Assembly (NCBI RefSeq): GCF_006345805.1
Contig: NW_021833017.1
Coordinates: forward strand, 28,870 to 92,869
Length of the DNA: 64,000 bases
Direction: 5' to 3'
Source: Octopus sinensis
Lineage: Eukaryota
Part shown: positions 36,480-50,412 of the stretch, piece by piece
How positions within the stretch are numbered: the stretch's first letter is position 1
How the letters are laid out: the number at the start of each line of letters is the position of its first letter
Made by a program: the position numbers and the translations under genes
The notes under the pieces: generated by a model
Told to the model about the DNA's origin: nothing
Seen by the model: only the letters and a program-made list of their open reading frames with translations
The model's database searches: none

Positions 36480-37720
36480 AGTAAGTATGAATGAGAATGG
36501 TATGTTTGAGGTGTTAAATGTAATGGACGGTAAATTTAGGAGTATTTCAAGGGGGAGAGTGAAAGATTTTTCTTATTTGAATACTTGCATGGGTTTGTTA
36601 GAATGTTGTTTCAAGCTTACCTTTTAAAGGTCTTAATTGTATTTTACCACAGAAAAAACTGCAATTTGGATACGGTTCAGAGAAGATGCATTTTTTGGAG
36701 TTTGTTCCCCTTGGATTAGTCTCTGGTGAATTTCTTTATTTTTTGCATTTATGGATGGTCTTGTTCTGGGTGTTTTGTAATTGGATGTTGGAGCTGGTTT
36801 CTTCTTTCTGTGGAGTTTGTAACATTTCTTTGTTGTGTGAAGTTTGTGTGCTATGTGTATTCATGTATATGGAGGGGTTGTCCTGGTAGGGTTGCCCTTG
36901 TTTGTAGTTACCCTCATTTATAGGGGGTCTTCTTTAAAGTATTTGAGTGTAAAATATTGCTTTTTTTTTGTTTTTGTTTGTGAATGTGGGTAAAGTAGAG
37001 TATCTAAATAGAATTAGAGTAATAAAAAATATATATATTTAGCTTTAATCATAACAAGGTTCTTAATAACAATTGTTAATTACAGGTATTCTTTTATTAG
37101 TTCTTGATTTAATAAGGATACTTTAGTAATTTATCTATTAAATTACTGGTATAAGTTTAACATTAAAGTATGTAAAGATAACGAATATTCAATATATGTG
37201 GAGTGTTTTAATTAATAACTTTTAGGTTATGAAATGGTGTAATTCACTCAAAATATTATTAGTTAGGTTCAATCACGTTTGTTTCGAAAGAATAGAATGT
37301 AAAAGCTTTCACTTTTATCTTAATAACTATGGAAGACTGGTGGGGATATTATCTGTATGGACTTCAAGGGCTAGGTTTACTTATAGAATTATTTTACCGA
37401 TTCCGTTTTTGTACATAGGGTAAATGTGTTTCTTTGTTGAAGTTTAATTAATAATGTTAGTGTTTAATCCTTCCTAGAATTAAGAATGAATGTGGTGATA
37501 TCTAAGGTATGTTTGTTCCCAAACAACACTTATTTTAGTGCTGCTCATACCACTGGATTGAATGGTACTGCCCAGGTGTGTTGGATTGTTGGTATGGCTG
37601 TAATTGTATGTGTGGAATAGTTTTATAAAACACCCATTTGAATATGAATATATATATATATGAATACATGTTTACGAATTTGTGTTGCAAGATTCCTGAT
37701 GTGAAATGTGTGTTGAAACA
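36480..37720 (-). mobile_element. Possible heavily decayed Penelope-like relic
   Basis: Strong A/C-rich minus-strand skew and a weak FKWVFYK-like motif. No clean domain. Confidence 0.25.
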
Positions 37721-38559
37721 GATGTTGTATTTCGGAATGGTCGGGGGTTTTTTTGCCAAATAAACACACACATATTCTTCACACGTTTATTACTGTTCTT
37801 ATTCTATTTTATGTCCATTGTCTGGAAATCTTTCGTCACACACATGTGATCTCTTTAGCAACACTTTTCATTTTCATGTGGACTTTTGCTCCACTAACTC
37901 CATCCTGCTCCTCTATGTGTATCCTTATCTGTGCATGTGTGTGTGTGTGTGTCAGTGTTCTTAGCAGCAGCAGTATGGTCTCTCCTCATCCCCTTGTGCT
38001 GCTGCTGTCCCAAGACCCGAACATTTGGTACACTTCCTGTATCTCTCCGTGCTTGTGTGTTTGCCCACAATGTTGCCATCATGGTAGTTTGTCATTGTTA
38101 GTCATGTTGTTGATACTGTTGTGGCTGTCTCTGAAGTTATTGTGTTCACTTCTTATGTTGTTTGCATCCATGCCCTTTATATAGATTTTTTTTACTTTAT
38201 TTTTTTATCTATTATATTTATCACAGGTTTGTGACGAATATATATTTTTTCTTTATTTATCTATCTCTATTCTTATATGCATCACAGGTATGTGCATATA
38301 TGTCTATTGTGCATGTATTACCCTGTTTGTATCTGTGTTTTATTTATTAATTTTTTCCTCTCCCTTCTGTTTTTAGTGGTGTGGTGGTGGGGGATATTGT
38401 TCCATTCACGTTTTCTATTGAGGCTGTCTGTCTGTCTGTCTGTCTGTCTACTGCTATGTGATCTGTCATGTCAGTTCAATGTGTCGATAATGCTATTAAT
38501 TAAGCCTCCATGTTCTGCCTGAGCACTGACGAGCCTTTCGCTTCTTTCAGCTCTCACCA

Positions 38560-39900
38560 CTCTTCCCCTCTATGCTCTCCTATAGCTGTGTTCTTGTGAA
38601 CAAGGTACTTAGAGGTCATGGGTTTAGCAGAATAAGACTGAAGGATGTTGACCTTACCATTCTTCCTTTCTGGCCAGTTTCGTGTCTAAAATGGATAATC
38701 TGTAGTTTGGGTGCTTACTAGGGTGGTCTATCATTAGTTCAATGCTCTGGTGAATGGACTTAGCTATTTGCTGGATGTTCTCCATAGTGTTAGCTTCTAG
38801 ATCACCAACATTGTCTTGTAGGGGTGTTCTGGCTACTTCTAGATCATCAGCATTGTCTTTTAGGGGTGTTCTGGCTCCTATGTTGATATCATCAACATAG
38901 CAGGAATATAGAATTAGGTTTATGGAGTTCTCTGCTAATTCCTCTTTAAGTCTCCTATCCCACCATGCCATAAATAGGTTAGCCACATCGCCAGTGATAC
39001 TGACACCGATGGCTGCACCTTCCCCTTGGGCATATATGGCCCTTGGGTGTGGTCTTGCTACTCGCACCTACTGAATGTGCGACCATCTTTTTAACCAGAT
39101 CATTGTTTACAGGGGTCCAGGTCCACCTCTCTTTAGGAGTCTTCTTGGCCATAAAAGTTATGGTAGGGGCTCTACCTTTTATCTATCTAGTGGAGGAGAA
39201 ACAACTAAGGTGATGTTTATCTAAGCAATCATTGTCGTATGTCAGTCCCAGGAAGGGACCTCGTTCTTTTGTGTCAACACCACGAAACTCCACATCACTC
39301 TCACTGATCACCTCCACAACAAAATCAACATCAAAGGATGGGTATAGGGGTTCTGCGTCATACTACCTATCATGCATCCCGTCAGGTCATAAGCATGGTT
39401 GCACTCATTGATGCTGCTGAGAAGGTCCTCCGTGATGACACACATCTGGGGACATTTTTATCAGAGGGCGTATGATCACAGAGAGGAAGGAGGAGTTGGA
39501 GTATTTGTTGGCAACATTGACCAGTGTCGTTGGTGTTCCTGTCACTGGGCCAGTGGTCATCTTATGGTCCTTGCATACTCCATAGTGGTCGGATGTATTA
39601 TTAGTGGCTTGGAAGTTGTTGACAGTGCACCTTCTTGCCCCTAGGATGCTTAACCACATCAACATATGAGCAGTGAGACTCTTCTCTCCCTCTTCATACT
39701 CCTCTATCATGGTTTCCCTCATTTTGAGGATGTGGGGTTGCATCACCTGGATGTAGTTTGACAGGTTGTCTATCCGCATTCTGCCAGACTTGTCCGTCGG
39801 AAGGCACACAACTTCCCCAATTTTCGTGTGCTGTATGAGCTTTTGCAGGCCTCCTGCAGGCTTCTTGCCGAGTTGCTGTGCTTCTCTACCACTCTGTCTA
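38560..39900 (-). mobile_element. Penelope-like element RT relic
   Basis: PTDKSGR, YGVCKDHK...GP, QGEGAAIGVSITGDVANLFMAWWD, YVDDI. Confidence 0.85.
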
Positions 39901-40726
39901 CTAATCTATTGTTTTAAAATCTGTCTAAGTTTAGTACTGACCATGGAGGACTGTGCTCCTATTTCATTTGTCTGTTGAGGTACGCAAACGCTTTTGTGGA
40001 AGGGTAGGGCTGTCGGATAAATAAGCCTCATACTCAATGATTTGTCCCACAATATGAAGAATACGGTATGAAAAGGGTCGGTATCATTTATACCCATGGT
40101 ACTACTGTCATTCCTATCATTTCTCTGGTTACCATCTCTTTGGCTGTGTGTGTGTGTGTGTGTGTATTGTTGTTGTCAGTGATGTTTGTATTGGTTTGCA
40201 TGTTTATTGTTGCTGTTGTAGTTGTTGGCAGTCTCGTTATTGCCATGGTAACAATAACTATGACAATAAGAATAACAGCAACCGTTACATATACACAACT
40301 TGAACAGGCACACACATCAGTACTTACATTTACATGTACATACACATACACACACACAAAGATACGTCTACACACTTAAATACAGAAATGCTCACATACA
40401 CACATGCATGCGTACAAACATGCATATATGCATGCATACACACATATACATACATACATAAACACAAATATATCATGAACTAACTGTTACTTTCTCAGAT
40501 GCAGCACAAAGTTTTCTCAGTGAACAGGTCGTGGTTTCAAAGTGACAAAAATATTTTGACACAATAGAAAATTAAATGTTGAAGTGAAACTAACGTTTTT
40601 TTTTATATTCTTCAATGGCTTACAAACATCTTCCATGCTGCAACTGTTTTTGTTTCAGCATACAATCTCAAGATCAAGTCACTTGCTATGCAAGTACATC
40701 TCCCTATATATATATATATATATATA

Positions 40727-41445
40727 TCTATATATATATAAAACTCAACTTGTGTGTCTGTGTGTGTCATCTCCTCCTAGCCAACAAATTGTAGAACCAC
40801 CAAAAATGTGTCACTTGAAGTTTCGGCGAATGAAAATTGAACTGCGCTATTTCTGTTCCGAAATTCATCTCGCAAGTGCAATAATCGATAATGTGTTTGT
40901 TTAGGCCTCATCCCATGCATTGAATAGTGAACTTTACTCAGTCAGCTGTTTGATGTGAACTGTGTTCACCATGCGTGCAAGCATGCGTAAATTGCATGAA
41001 AAATAAATTATCAAGATATAAAAACGAATCGCCGTAAACATTGTAGAAATTCGGCAAAGAAATGAATTTTTGGGATGTAGCCTGGAGGGTTTTTTGTATT
41101 AATATATATATATATATCATCATATATATATATGCATGTATATATATATGAATATATACATATATATATATATATGAGAGTATAATAGAAGAAGGCTAAC
41201 TCTTCCTTCCACAGAAGAAAAAATTCAAATCTGACCATGTTAACACCAAAAATTATTTACATCAAAAAGGTGCCTTTTTTCTATGAAAATCCCTATTTTT
41301 TACGATGTTTTGACTGGTGTGTCGCCATTTTTCGGTATATTTCACTTAAAGAGAATAATAAGCTACATACTGCCAAATTTTTACTTTTCAAAAATTCTAA
41401 TTCTAAAGGGTCTAAACAAACCGCAACACCGGGCGATACTGCTAG
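40727..41445 (+). mobile_element. Non-autonomous Helitron
   Basis: A|TC start, ...ccgggcgatactgCTAG|T end. Same 3' terminus as 21991-22496. Confidence 0.75.
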
Positions 41446-41574
41446 TATATATATGTATATATATATACATATACACACACATACACACACACAGGGTATT
41501 TTTAGTCATTATTTTATCTGACTAATTTTCATTAAATTTCTATTTCAGAAAAAAAAAAAAAAAACGGGCCTAAC

Positions 41575-43460
41575 ACTTGCTAATGAACTGAAAAGCATGC
41601 TGTGATTGTGGCTTTGGAAGGTAAGCAAGGTGATTTAGAAATTTCTCGTTTTCTGAAAGTTGCAAGATCTTTTGTCCACATGATACACTGTGAGTTTGAG
41701 AAAGAAGATGGAAGCATATTAAATGTATCAAAATGTAAAAACATTCCAAACAATCTGATTCTATTGGGACACCTGAATTTATTCCGGAAGTTAAGCAAAA
41801 CATTGAAGACAATCCAGGAAAATCAATGAAGTCAATTACCAAAAAATTCTGTGTGTTGGAAAAACCAATCAGGACTGTTGTACCTGAAGACATCAGACAC
41901 AAGTATTACGAGATGAGGAGAGGTCAATTCATGTCAGAAAAAACAAAAGAAAACCGTTTAATCAAGTCAAAAAGAATTTTGAACAAACTTCTAAATCCAT
42001 TACAAGATGGTGTGAATTGGTTTTTCTCCAATGAGAAACTTTGATCAGGACCAGAAAACTAACAGAAGAAATGACAGATTGCTATGTGCAAACGCTTCTC
42101 AGGTTCCAAGAGTAATGCACACAAAATTTCCTGCAAGTGTCATGGTTTTGGGTGTTGTTAGTAATGAAGGACATGTGATGCCCTCACACTTTTATCCACA
42201 AGGCCTTAACCCTTTCGTTACCAAACTGCCCAAAGCCGCCCGAATTTACCTATTCATATTTAAATGAGAATATCAGAGCAAATCTCTTTAGTACATTCAT
42301 GAAAACACGTATTATACTTCGTAAACAGTTCAACTACAGTTTTGTACAATAATCGAAGTGTAATTTTAATTCCGTAAATTTTGAGAGATTTTTTTCCGAA
42401 ATTTGTTCCTATTGTGTTTTCAAAATTTGTAATTCTGACAAAAAATGGATACGAATTTCATTATATCAAGCAGCGAGTCAGAATTCGAAGGATTTTCTAC
42501 TGAAGACCTTCATAAATCTAACTCTATGACTGAAAAAAAAAAGGACATGGTATTTGATAATGAATCTGATGTTTCATTTTCCAAAAGTGAAAACAGTGAA
42601 TTCGAGAGCTCCGACAGCGATAAAGAAAACGAATTGGCACCTGAATGGAGTGAAAATTTAAAAACTGTTTCTTTCGGTGATTTTTCTGAAGAAACTGGAC
42701 CAAGCCACAGACTTTCCCAGAGGAGTAAAGCCTTAGACTATTTCATTTTACTTTTTCGAATGAGCCTATTTGAAATCATTACGGAGAAAACGAACCGTTA
42801 CGCTAAATGTAAACAAAGCGAGAGAAACGATAGTTTGTGGTTTCCCATAACCTTAAATGAAATTAAGACTATTTTGCCGTAAATATTATTATGGGTATCA
42901 GAAAGTTACCCAGAATAACAAATTCTATCGTAACATTTTGTTGTATACCCAATTGAATATTAGCTAATAACCCATTTTCTATAGCGATGTTAAGGCTTGG
43001 ATCAACAGCGTATGCAATGGAAGGCCTTATGTCTATCAGCAAGATTCTGCACCATCACACAAGGCTCAGATGACACAAAAATGGAGGGCCAACAATTTGC
43101 ATGATCACATCACCCCCAACATTTCACCTCCAAATTCTCCAGATCTCAATCCACTAGACTACTATGCATGGAACATCATTGAGAAAAATGTTAATGAACC
43201 CCCCCCCCCTCATAGCACCAAAGATTCTTTGAAAACTGCCATAATTGGAGTCATGTCTGATATGAACAACAACCAGTAAATCTGAGCTTGTCAATGATTT
43301 CGACCAGAGCCAGAGGCAATTATTGACGCTTATGGTGGTTTTATTGAATTGAATTATTAAATTGGTAATTTAGCTTTATGTTTATGTTATTTTTTTAATA
43401 AAAATACATTTTTTATCTGTTATTATATAAGCGGTTTATTTAAAACCATAAATCTGTCCT
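41575..43460 (+). mobile_element. maT/DD37D-like Tc1/mariner transposase relic, interrupted by a piggyBac fragment
   Basis: WFFSNEK.FDQDQKTNRRNDR, KFPASVMVLGVVSNEGHVMP, then after the insert YQQDSAPSH and PPNSPDLNPLDYYAW. Confidence 0.85.
42211..42988 (+). mobile_element. 5' part of a piggyBac (PGBD4-like) transposon
   Basis: TTAA-CCCTTT start. ORF 42445..42882 has an acidic N-terminus and LDYFILLF...IITEKTNRYA...W.PITLNEIK. Confidence 0.8.
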
Positions 43461-43849
43461 CACATACCTATTTCTTTACTACCCACAAGGGGCTAACACA
43501 GAGAGGACAAACAAGGACAGACAAATGGATCAAGTTGATTATATCGACCCCAGTGCATAACTGGTACTTATTTAATCGACCCCGAAAGGATGAAAGGCAA
43601 AGTCGACCTTGGCGGAATTTGAACTCAGAACGTAACGGCGGACGAAAAACGGCTACGCATTTCGGCCGGCGTGCTAACAGTTCTGCCAGCTCACTGCCTT
43701 ACATACCATCTGCACCATGGATGGATGGATCTATATTTATATCTGGGGACATTTGAATGTCTGTGTGGGCACGGAGAATCTCCTCAGTAGAATCAATAGT
43801 TGCAAACACTCCAATGACCTAATAGGTTGTGTGATGGGTTGTAGGGACG

Positions 43850-45300
43850 TGGTTTTACTCTGGCCATCCATGGGCAGAGATTTTGCTGTGAAGAAATGCG
43901 TTATCTGTGAGAATGAAGCAGAATTCATTGAAGTCAACACGAGAGAACTGGGCCTTCTCCTTAAACTAAGCTATGACGGTACTTACCTGGACAACCATGA
44001 CCTTAGTAGATTCAGCCCCACCAAGTCAGAGAGAGGAAAACCACTCACCATCAGCAGTGAAGAAAAGTACCGTAGACTCTGAGAACGACAGTCAGGTGAA
44101 AAGACTGATTGCACATGCAATAGGGACAAGCATAAGAACCACCCTGAAGAACCACATCGTAAAGTTTAACAAGAAACTATAGATGCAGGTTCAAGATGCA
44201 GCCATCCATTGGTGTCAGTGGGGCTGGAGATGTAGCCGGCTTCTTCTTGACCTGGTGGGAGAGGAAACTTAAACAATCCTTAGCGGAACAATACACAACT
44301 GTTTCTACTGTAGGTATGTAGATGGCATAAATATTCTAGTCAAGACAAAATCAAATAACTGTAATGTAGAAAGCGAAAGGAGCATAATGGAGAGCATCCA
44401 GCACATGGCTAACTATAGACTATGCCACTAGACACCCTAACAATAAACTCCCTGCCCCTGATACTGAACTTTGATTAGAGACTGAACAACAGAGCGCAAC
44501 TCCTCCACTCCTGTTACATGAAACCCATAACTTTTAAATTTGTTGTTCACAAGAACTCAGCTTTGTCACAAAGCATGAAAACCAACATACTGATAGCAGA
44601 CTTAGGATAATGAACATGTTCCCACTATGCAAACCCTTAGAAACAAAGAAACATGTACAGAACTTCATGCAATTCTCTGGATATGATAAAAAAGATAGGG
44701 TTCAGGTGGGGAGCTTGAAAGTAGTTAGATAGCATTATATGTAATAAAAGCAATAGTATCTGCCCCTAGTTATAGAAGTAAAGACAGGAATAGGATAGAA
44801 AGAGTTTGTGACAAAGCAAACAGGATGAACACATGGTACAAGAGCCATGGAGAACTAGCCTGAAGATTCAGGAAAGCTTTGAAGAAGGCGAAACTCAACA
44901 TTAAGATCATTGAAAAGCTAGGGAGAACCATCAGATCACAACTATGTAGGCCATATCCCTTTGAGAATACCACAGGCACCAATGACAACTTCATGGTACG
45001 TAAGATTAATCCTGGCATTCACTGTACAACTAGAAATGTAGTCTATAGCATAAGGTGCTTGTAAAGACAAGAACATGATATACGTAGGTGAGACATCTAG
45101 AAGCATTGCAGAAAGACTAAATGAACATTTCGGAGAATATGACAAAGAAAAACAGTCCACCATACTCTACCAACATGGAGACAGGCTGGGTCAATTTGAC
45201 ATCCAAATTTTATCCAAGCACCTGAAGGACCCAACACTCAGACAAATACAGGAGTAAATCCTCATAAACAAAACATCTCCAGCACTAAATAAAGAAATAT
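43850..45300 (+). mobile_element. Penelope-like element relic (RT plus GIY-YIG endonuclease)
   Basis: LWPSMGR, RYVDGIN; CTTRNVVYSIRC, YVGETSRSIAERLNEH, DPTLRQIQE. Confidence 0.88.
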
Positions 45301-47167
45301 ATCTAGATGGTAGTCATAGCCCCAATACCCACAGTTTATATATACACAAAAGTTATAAGTATTATTACAATACAATATTGTTTTCCAGCTGTAAAGGTCA
45401 AATTATAAATAGAAAATAGTGGCACAACAAGGTACTAATGTTTGCTGGAAATAGCAATCTGTAGTAAATATTAAAAAAATAACTTTCAGGGACAATAGTA
45501 GTTTATTGAGACAGAAGGTTGTGGATTTTTTTCATATTGAAGAATGATAAGCTGAAAAAAAAAAAAAGTTTTTATAATCCACAATAGGCAACCAGGGTTG
45601 TGAGGTGTGCGAATAAGAATACAAGAGTTACAAAATGGAGAATGTAAGATCTGGGCTACAAACGTTTCATAGTAGGCGGAACCTCAGAGGCAGTAAAAAT
45701 CCAGGTGAGGTGTAGACCCCCAGTTACTCTTCAGCCCAAGAATATCGCGATTAAATTAAAGGTTACATTGTCACAAGGAGGTAAATGTTGACACAAGGAA
45801 GATTCAATAAGAATGTGTGGAGAGCACAGTATGAGAGAAGTGTATAAAGGTAGGGAGAGATAAGTATCAGAATAAGGGAAAGAGAAGAAAAAAGAAAAAA
45901 AAAACAGAAGGGAGTGAGAGGAAGGAGGAATTTAAGGAACAGACTGGTATGACAGCCACAATGCATTCTTTATTTTCTCTCCTTGTTTCTTTCTGTGTTC
46001 ATTTCTGTGGAAGAGTGTTAGGCTCAAAACGCCAAAGACTTTTTCACTTCTGGAGCGTTAAACTAATACATCTGTTTGTTGTCTACACCACCTGTCTTCG
46101 TCTTTTGTTGTTTTTTTTTGTGAATTCTTCCCTTAAAATAACAAAGCTGTTTTGGCTGGGTCATAGAATTTAGTAAAGGGATTGGTATTTGAAGAAAATA
46201 TAAAATTGGAGGGAAGAGGGTGGGGAAATATTCTTGGTCAAGTGGGAGAAAGAAGGTGTGGGATTTAAGTAGGTTATCAGGCTGGTGGCACTGAAAAGGT
46301 TATTTTGGCTGATTCAGTGGAGTTAGAAAAAAAAACAAAACGAATGGTCAAGCACATTGGGTTGAGCTCAAGCAAGCCTTGACTATAGTTCTGTAACCTT
46401 TATGGGTACTTTTTGGTTACCTCACTAACCATTAAAAAATTGGGTTATTTCCCCCGACTGAAAAAAAATTGTTTAACCCTCAATAAAGGGAAAAAAAAAG
46501 TTTTAATTAATAAACAGGCGCAGGCATGGCTGTGTGGTTAAATAACTTGCTTACCAATCACATGGTTCCAGGTTCAGTCCCACTGCATGGCACTTTAGAC
46601 AGGTGTCTTCTGACCAGAGCCTTGTGAGTGGATTTGGTGGATGGAAACTGAAAGAAGCCCGTCATATATATATATATTTATATATATATATATATATATA
46701 TATCATCATCAACATCATTGTTAACGTCTGTTTTCCATGCTAGCATGGGTTGGACGGTTCGACCAGGATCTGGGAAGCCAGAAGGTTGCACCAGGCTCCA
46801 GTCTGATCCAGCAGTGTTTCTACAGCTGGATGCCCTTCCTAACGCCAACCACTCCGTGAGTGTAGTGGGTGCTTTTTACGTGCCAGGCGAGGCTGGCAAC
46901 AGCCACAATCGGATTGGTGCTTTTTACGTGCCACTCACACAGGTGCCAGGCGAGGCTGGCAACGGCCACAATCAGATTGGTGCTTTTTACGTGCCACCGG
47001 CACTGGTATCGCAACTACAGTTGCCATTGATTTTTTATGTTGATGTACTTGACTCAATAGGTCTCCTCAATATATATATATATAATAAATAAAATATATG
47101 CATACATACATACATATATGTACGTACCTACATCTACATGTATATATACATGCATATATATATATAT

Positions 47168-47465
47168 GTGGAGGTGCAATGGCCCAGTGGTTAGGGCAGC
47201 GGACTCGCGGTCATAGGATCACGGTTTCGATTCCTAGACTGGGCATTGTGAGTGTTTATTGAGCGAAAACACCTAAAGCTCCACGGGGTGGTGGCAATCC
47301 CTGCTGTACTCTTTCGCCGCAACTTTCTCTCACTCTTTCTTCTGTTGGCCTGCTCACTTAGCCAGCGGGGTGGTGTCCTTTAAAGGTTAAAACAATGCGA
47401 AACGCATTGTGACCAGCGATGTGTAGCAACATCTGATAGCCTGGTCGGTCATGGTGATCACAGTC
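47168..47465 (+). mobile_element. tRNA-derived SINE
   Basis: A-box TGGCCCAGTGG and B-box GGTTTCGATTCC, followed by a non-tRNA body. Flanked by (TA)n. Confidence 0.75.
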
Positions 47466-47588
47466 ACAGAGATATATATATATATATAGTTAATCCAAAC
47501 AAGAAAACAAAAACAAAAAAACAACAACGCAAGGACGTGGAACAAATAAAGTATTATTGGACGCTCAGGAAAAAAGGGAAGAAGGAGG

Positions 47589-47623
47589 GTTTGACGTTTC
47601 GAGTGGAGCTCTTCGTCGGAAAC
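47589..47623 (-). ncRNA. Minimal type I hammerhead (U4C variant) within a 210-bp TA-flanked element (47489-47700)
   Basis: GUUU-CCGACGA-A-GAG cucca CUC-GAAA-C-GUC-AAAC. Stem III is the loopless palindrome ACGU (dimer type). Confidence 0.7.
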
Positions 47624-47696
47624 ATAGGAGAAGGAAAGATCCTGAGAAGGGAAGACAGGGGGAAAAAATCGCTAGTGATACAGACGAGGTCACATA

Positions 47697-47730
<34 letters not shown>

Positions 47731-47736
<6 letters not shown>

Positions 47737-50377
47737 TAAATTAGAGATAAAACCACTATTAGGCAAATCATACAATGAAAAACTTAAGCCAATACATAAG
47801 ATTATTTAATTTATATTATTTAAATATATAACAAAATTAGCTCCCTATTTGTTGTTTTATGTAATAGTATTATAAATATACCAGGTGATTTGTAGTACTT
47901 ATTATATTAGTTTATTTTAGTTATTTAGGTTCTGTTTTTAATTATAGTTAGATTATAGATGGTTGTTCATTTTATTACTAAATATTTTATTACTAAATAT
48001 ATTTTTAATAAATATTTAATGGTTTATTGAATATAGAGTCTGGTAAGTTACAATTTTATTTATTTTATATATTTTGTTATATTTCTATTATAACTTCGTT
48101 AAATTATAATTTTGTTATATTAATCAATTTGTATGTAATCTCTTTATATTTGAAATAGTTTTATTTAGTTGTTTATTTAATCCATTTTATTTAATATAGA
48201 AGTATAGATTAGCAGATTAATTTTTTAGATTTAACTTAATATTTACCTCTATTTTGTATTGTAGTATGATTATAGACATTTATATATCTATTTATTTATA
48301 ATATATGTGGATGTGTGTGTATGTATATATGTGTATATGATGATGTGTGTGTGTATATATATATATATATATGTATATACATTTATTTATATGTATGTGT
48401 GTGGGTGTGTATATATTGGTGTAAGTGTATATATTGAGTATTGTATGTATGTACATGTATGTATGAGTGTGCATATGTGTATGGGTGTAAGTGTGTGTAT
48501 ATATGTATGTGTATGTATGTGTATATGTGTATGTATATGTATGTGTATATATATATATATGTATATATATATGTATATGTATGTATATTTTCTTATATAT
48601 TTATGTAAACGTATGTATAGTTATACTACAAATTTTGATAAGTATTTATAGATTTGTTATGATCACTAATTTTAGCTTATAATTATAAGGGCATGGGAAA
48701 GAATTTATAGTATGTAGAGGGGTTACTATATAAATTAATTTTTATGTATTTATTAATCTTATAAGATTTTTAGAATATATTTAATAATTAGTGGTTTTTA
48801 ATCATTTAAATCATTTAATTTATTTTGTATTAAGTTTCATTTATCATAGTTATTTTATTAATAAATATTATAGTATAGAGAGATTTTATTCTTTATTTGT
48901 GAATTCATTATTACAATAATAAACATATAATTTTCCATTCTATAATAAACGTAGGTTCCTCACGCGTAATGAATTCTTCAACAATTTATTCTTTTTTTTG
49001 CTAATAACGTAATTCCATGAGTATTCTTATAAACGCTGTAAAAGACGTTTTTTGATTCAAAATTTTAGTTCATTGATTAAACCTCGCCAAGTTAAGTATG
49101 TATTTATTTAAGATCTTCAAATTGTAAATTTTAATATTGTATAAGCCTTTGGAGTAATAATATTCTCCTTATGTAAATATCGTTGTTTATGTAATGATCT
49201 AATTATCGTAATTTTCTATGTTATTAGATATTAAATTGAAGTTTATTCGTAAGATACTTCTTAGCGATAGATTTGTTATTTGATAGCAAGTATACTAGGT
49301 GTATTAAGTTAGGCTTTTGTAAATACATGTTTTAATAGTATTAATTGTAGTTTTAAATTTATAATTAAATTAGATAAACTTTGATAAACTTAGATATGTT
49401 TCGACTAAAGATTGGTCAAGGCCATGTCTAATTTAATAGCATAACTTAGTTATTTCTTTAAATTTATATTCGATAATTATTCCCATTCATAATTATATTT
49501 ATAGTACCTATAGTATTTATTCGATACTATATTACTAAGAATTGATTATTTCTAAAAGTATTTTACATAAGATTTCTGAAAGTCCGTTTAAGTTAGTTTA
49601 TTTGTATTTTGAAATTAGCTATTTCATCTTTAAATATGAAAAATTAAATGTATTAGGGTTTATTATATACAATTATTTATAGAGATTATTTTAGATCTTG
49701 ATTATAATATTTATATATATATTTTGATTGATAATTTATATATATTAGTCATGTAATTAGATATAGACTAATATTGATATTAGATTATGGGTTTCCTACC
49801 TTATAAACTAAAATTAATATTTAACATTATAGTCGATTTGGATATAATCATATTTGATAATAGAGTTTATTATAAGTAAAATTATTATATTATATATATT
49901 ATTTATATCTTAAAAATATTGGTTATATTTTAGATATTTAAACCACCTGATGAATGACTGTAACTCGAAAATTTTAAGAAATTAATAGCCATGAAATGAT
50001 CGTAGTGTTATATTAATTATATTTTTTTAATAATTTTGTTATATATTTAAATAATATAAATTAAATAATATTATGTATTGGCTTAAGTTTTTCATTGTAT
50101 GATTTGCCTAATAGTGGTTTTATCTCTAATTTAATATAATATAATATTTTACTATAAAATTGGATTCAATCCTAAATCTGATTTTTCCCTGTAAGTTTGG
50201 ATCTATTCCCTAATATCTATTATTAATATATATATATATATATATATGAGTACAGGACACCACAAATAGACGTAGAACTCAACGAGAAATGAAAACATAA
50301 AAACATGGAAACGGACTTTTTTTAACAACAAAAAAACAGAGCACAAGACAGACACACATACACACAGATATATATAT

Positions 50378-50412
<35 letters not shown>

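Noticed and set aside
38505-38555. Hammerhead-like CTGACGA hairpin near the PLE end
   Set aside because: No GAAA follows stem II on the plus strand, and stems I and III do not close properly on the minus strand.
47168-47240. tRNA gene
   Set aside because: A and B boxes are present but there is no complete cloverleaf, and the sequence continues into a SINE body.
47840-49940. APOBEC-like hypermutation suggested by the C-poor plus strand
   Set aside because: PLE sense strands are naturally G-poor and the copy is generally AT-decayed. Without a consensus alignment, directional editing cannot be claimed.
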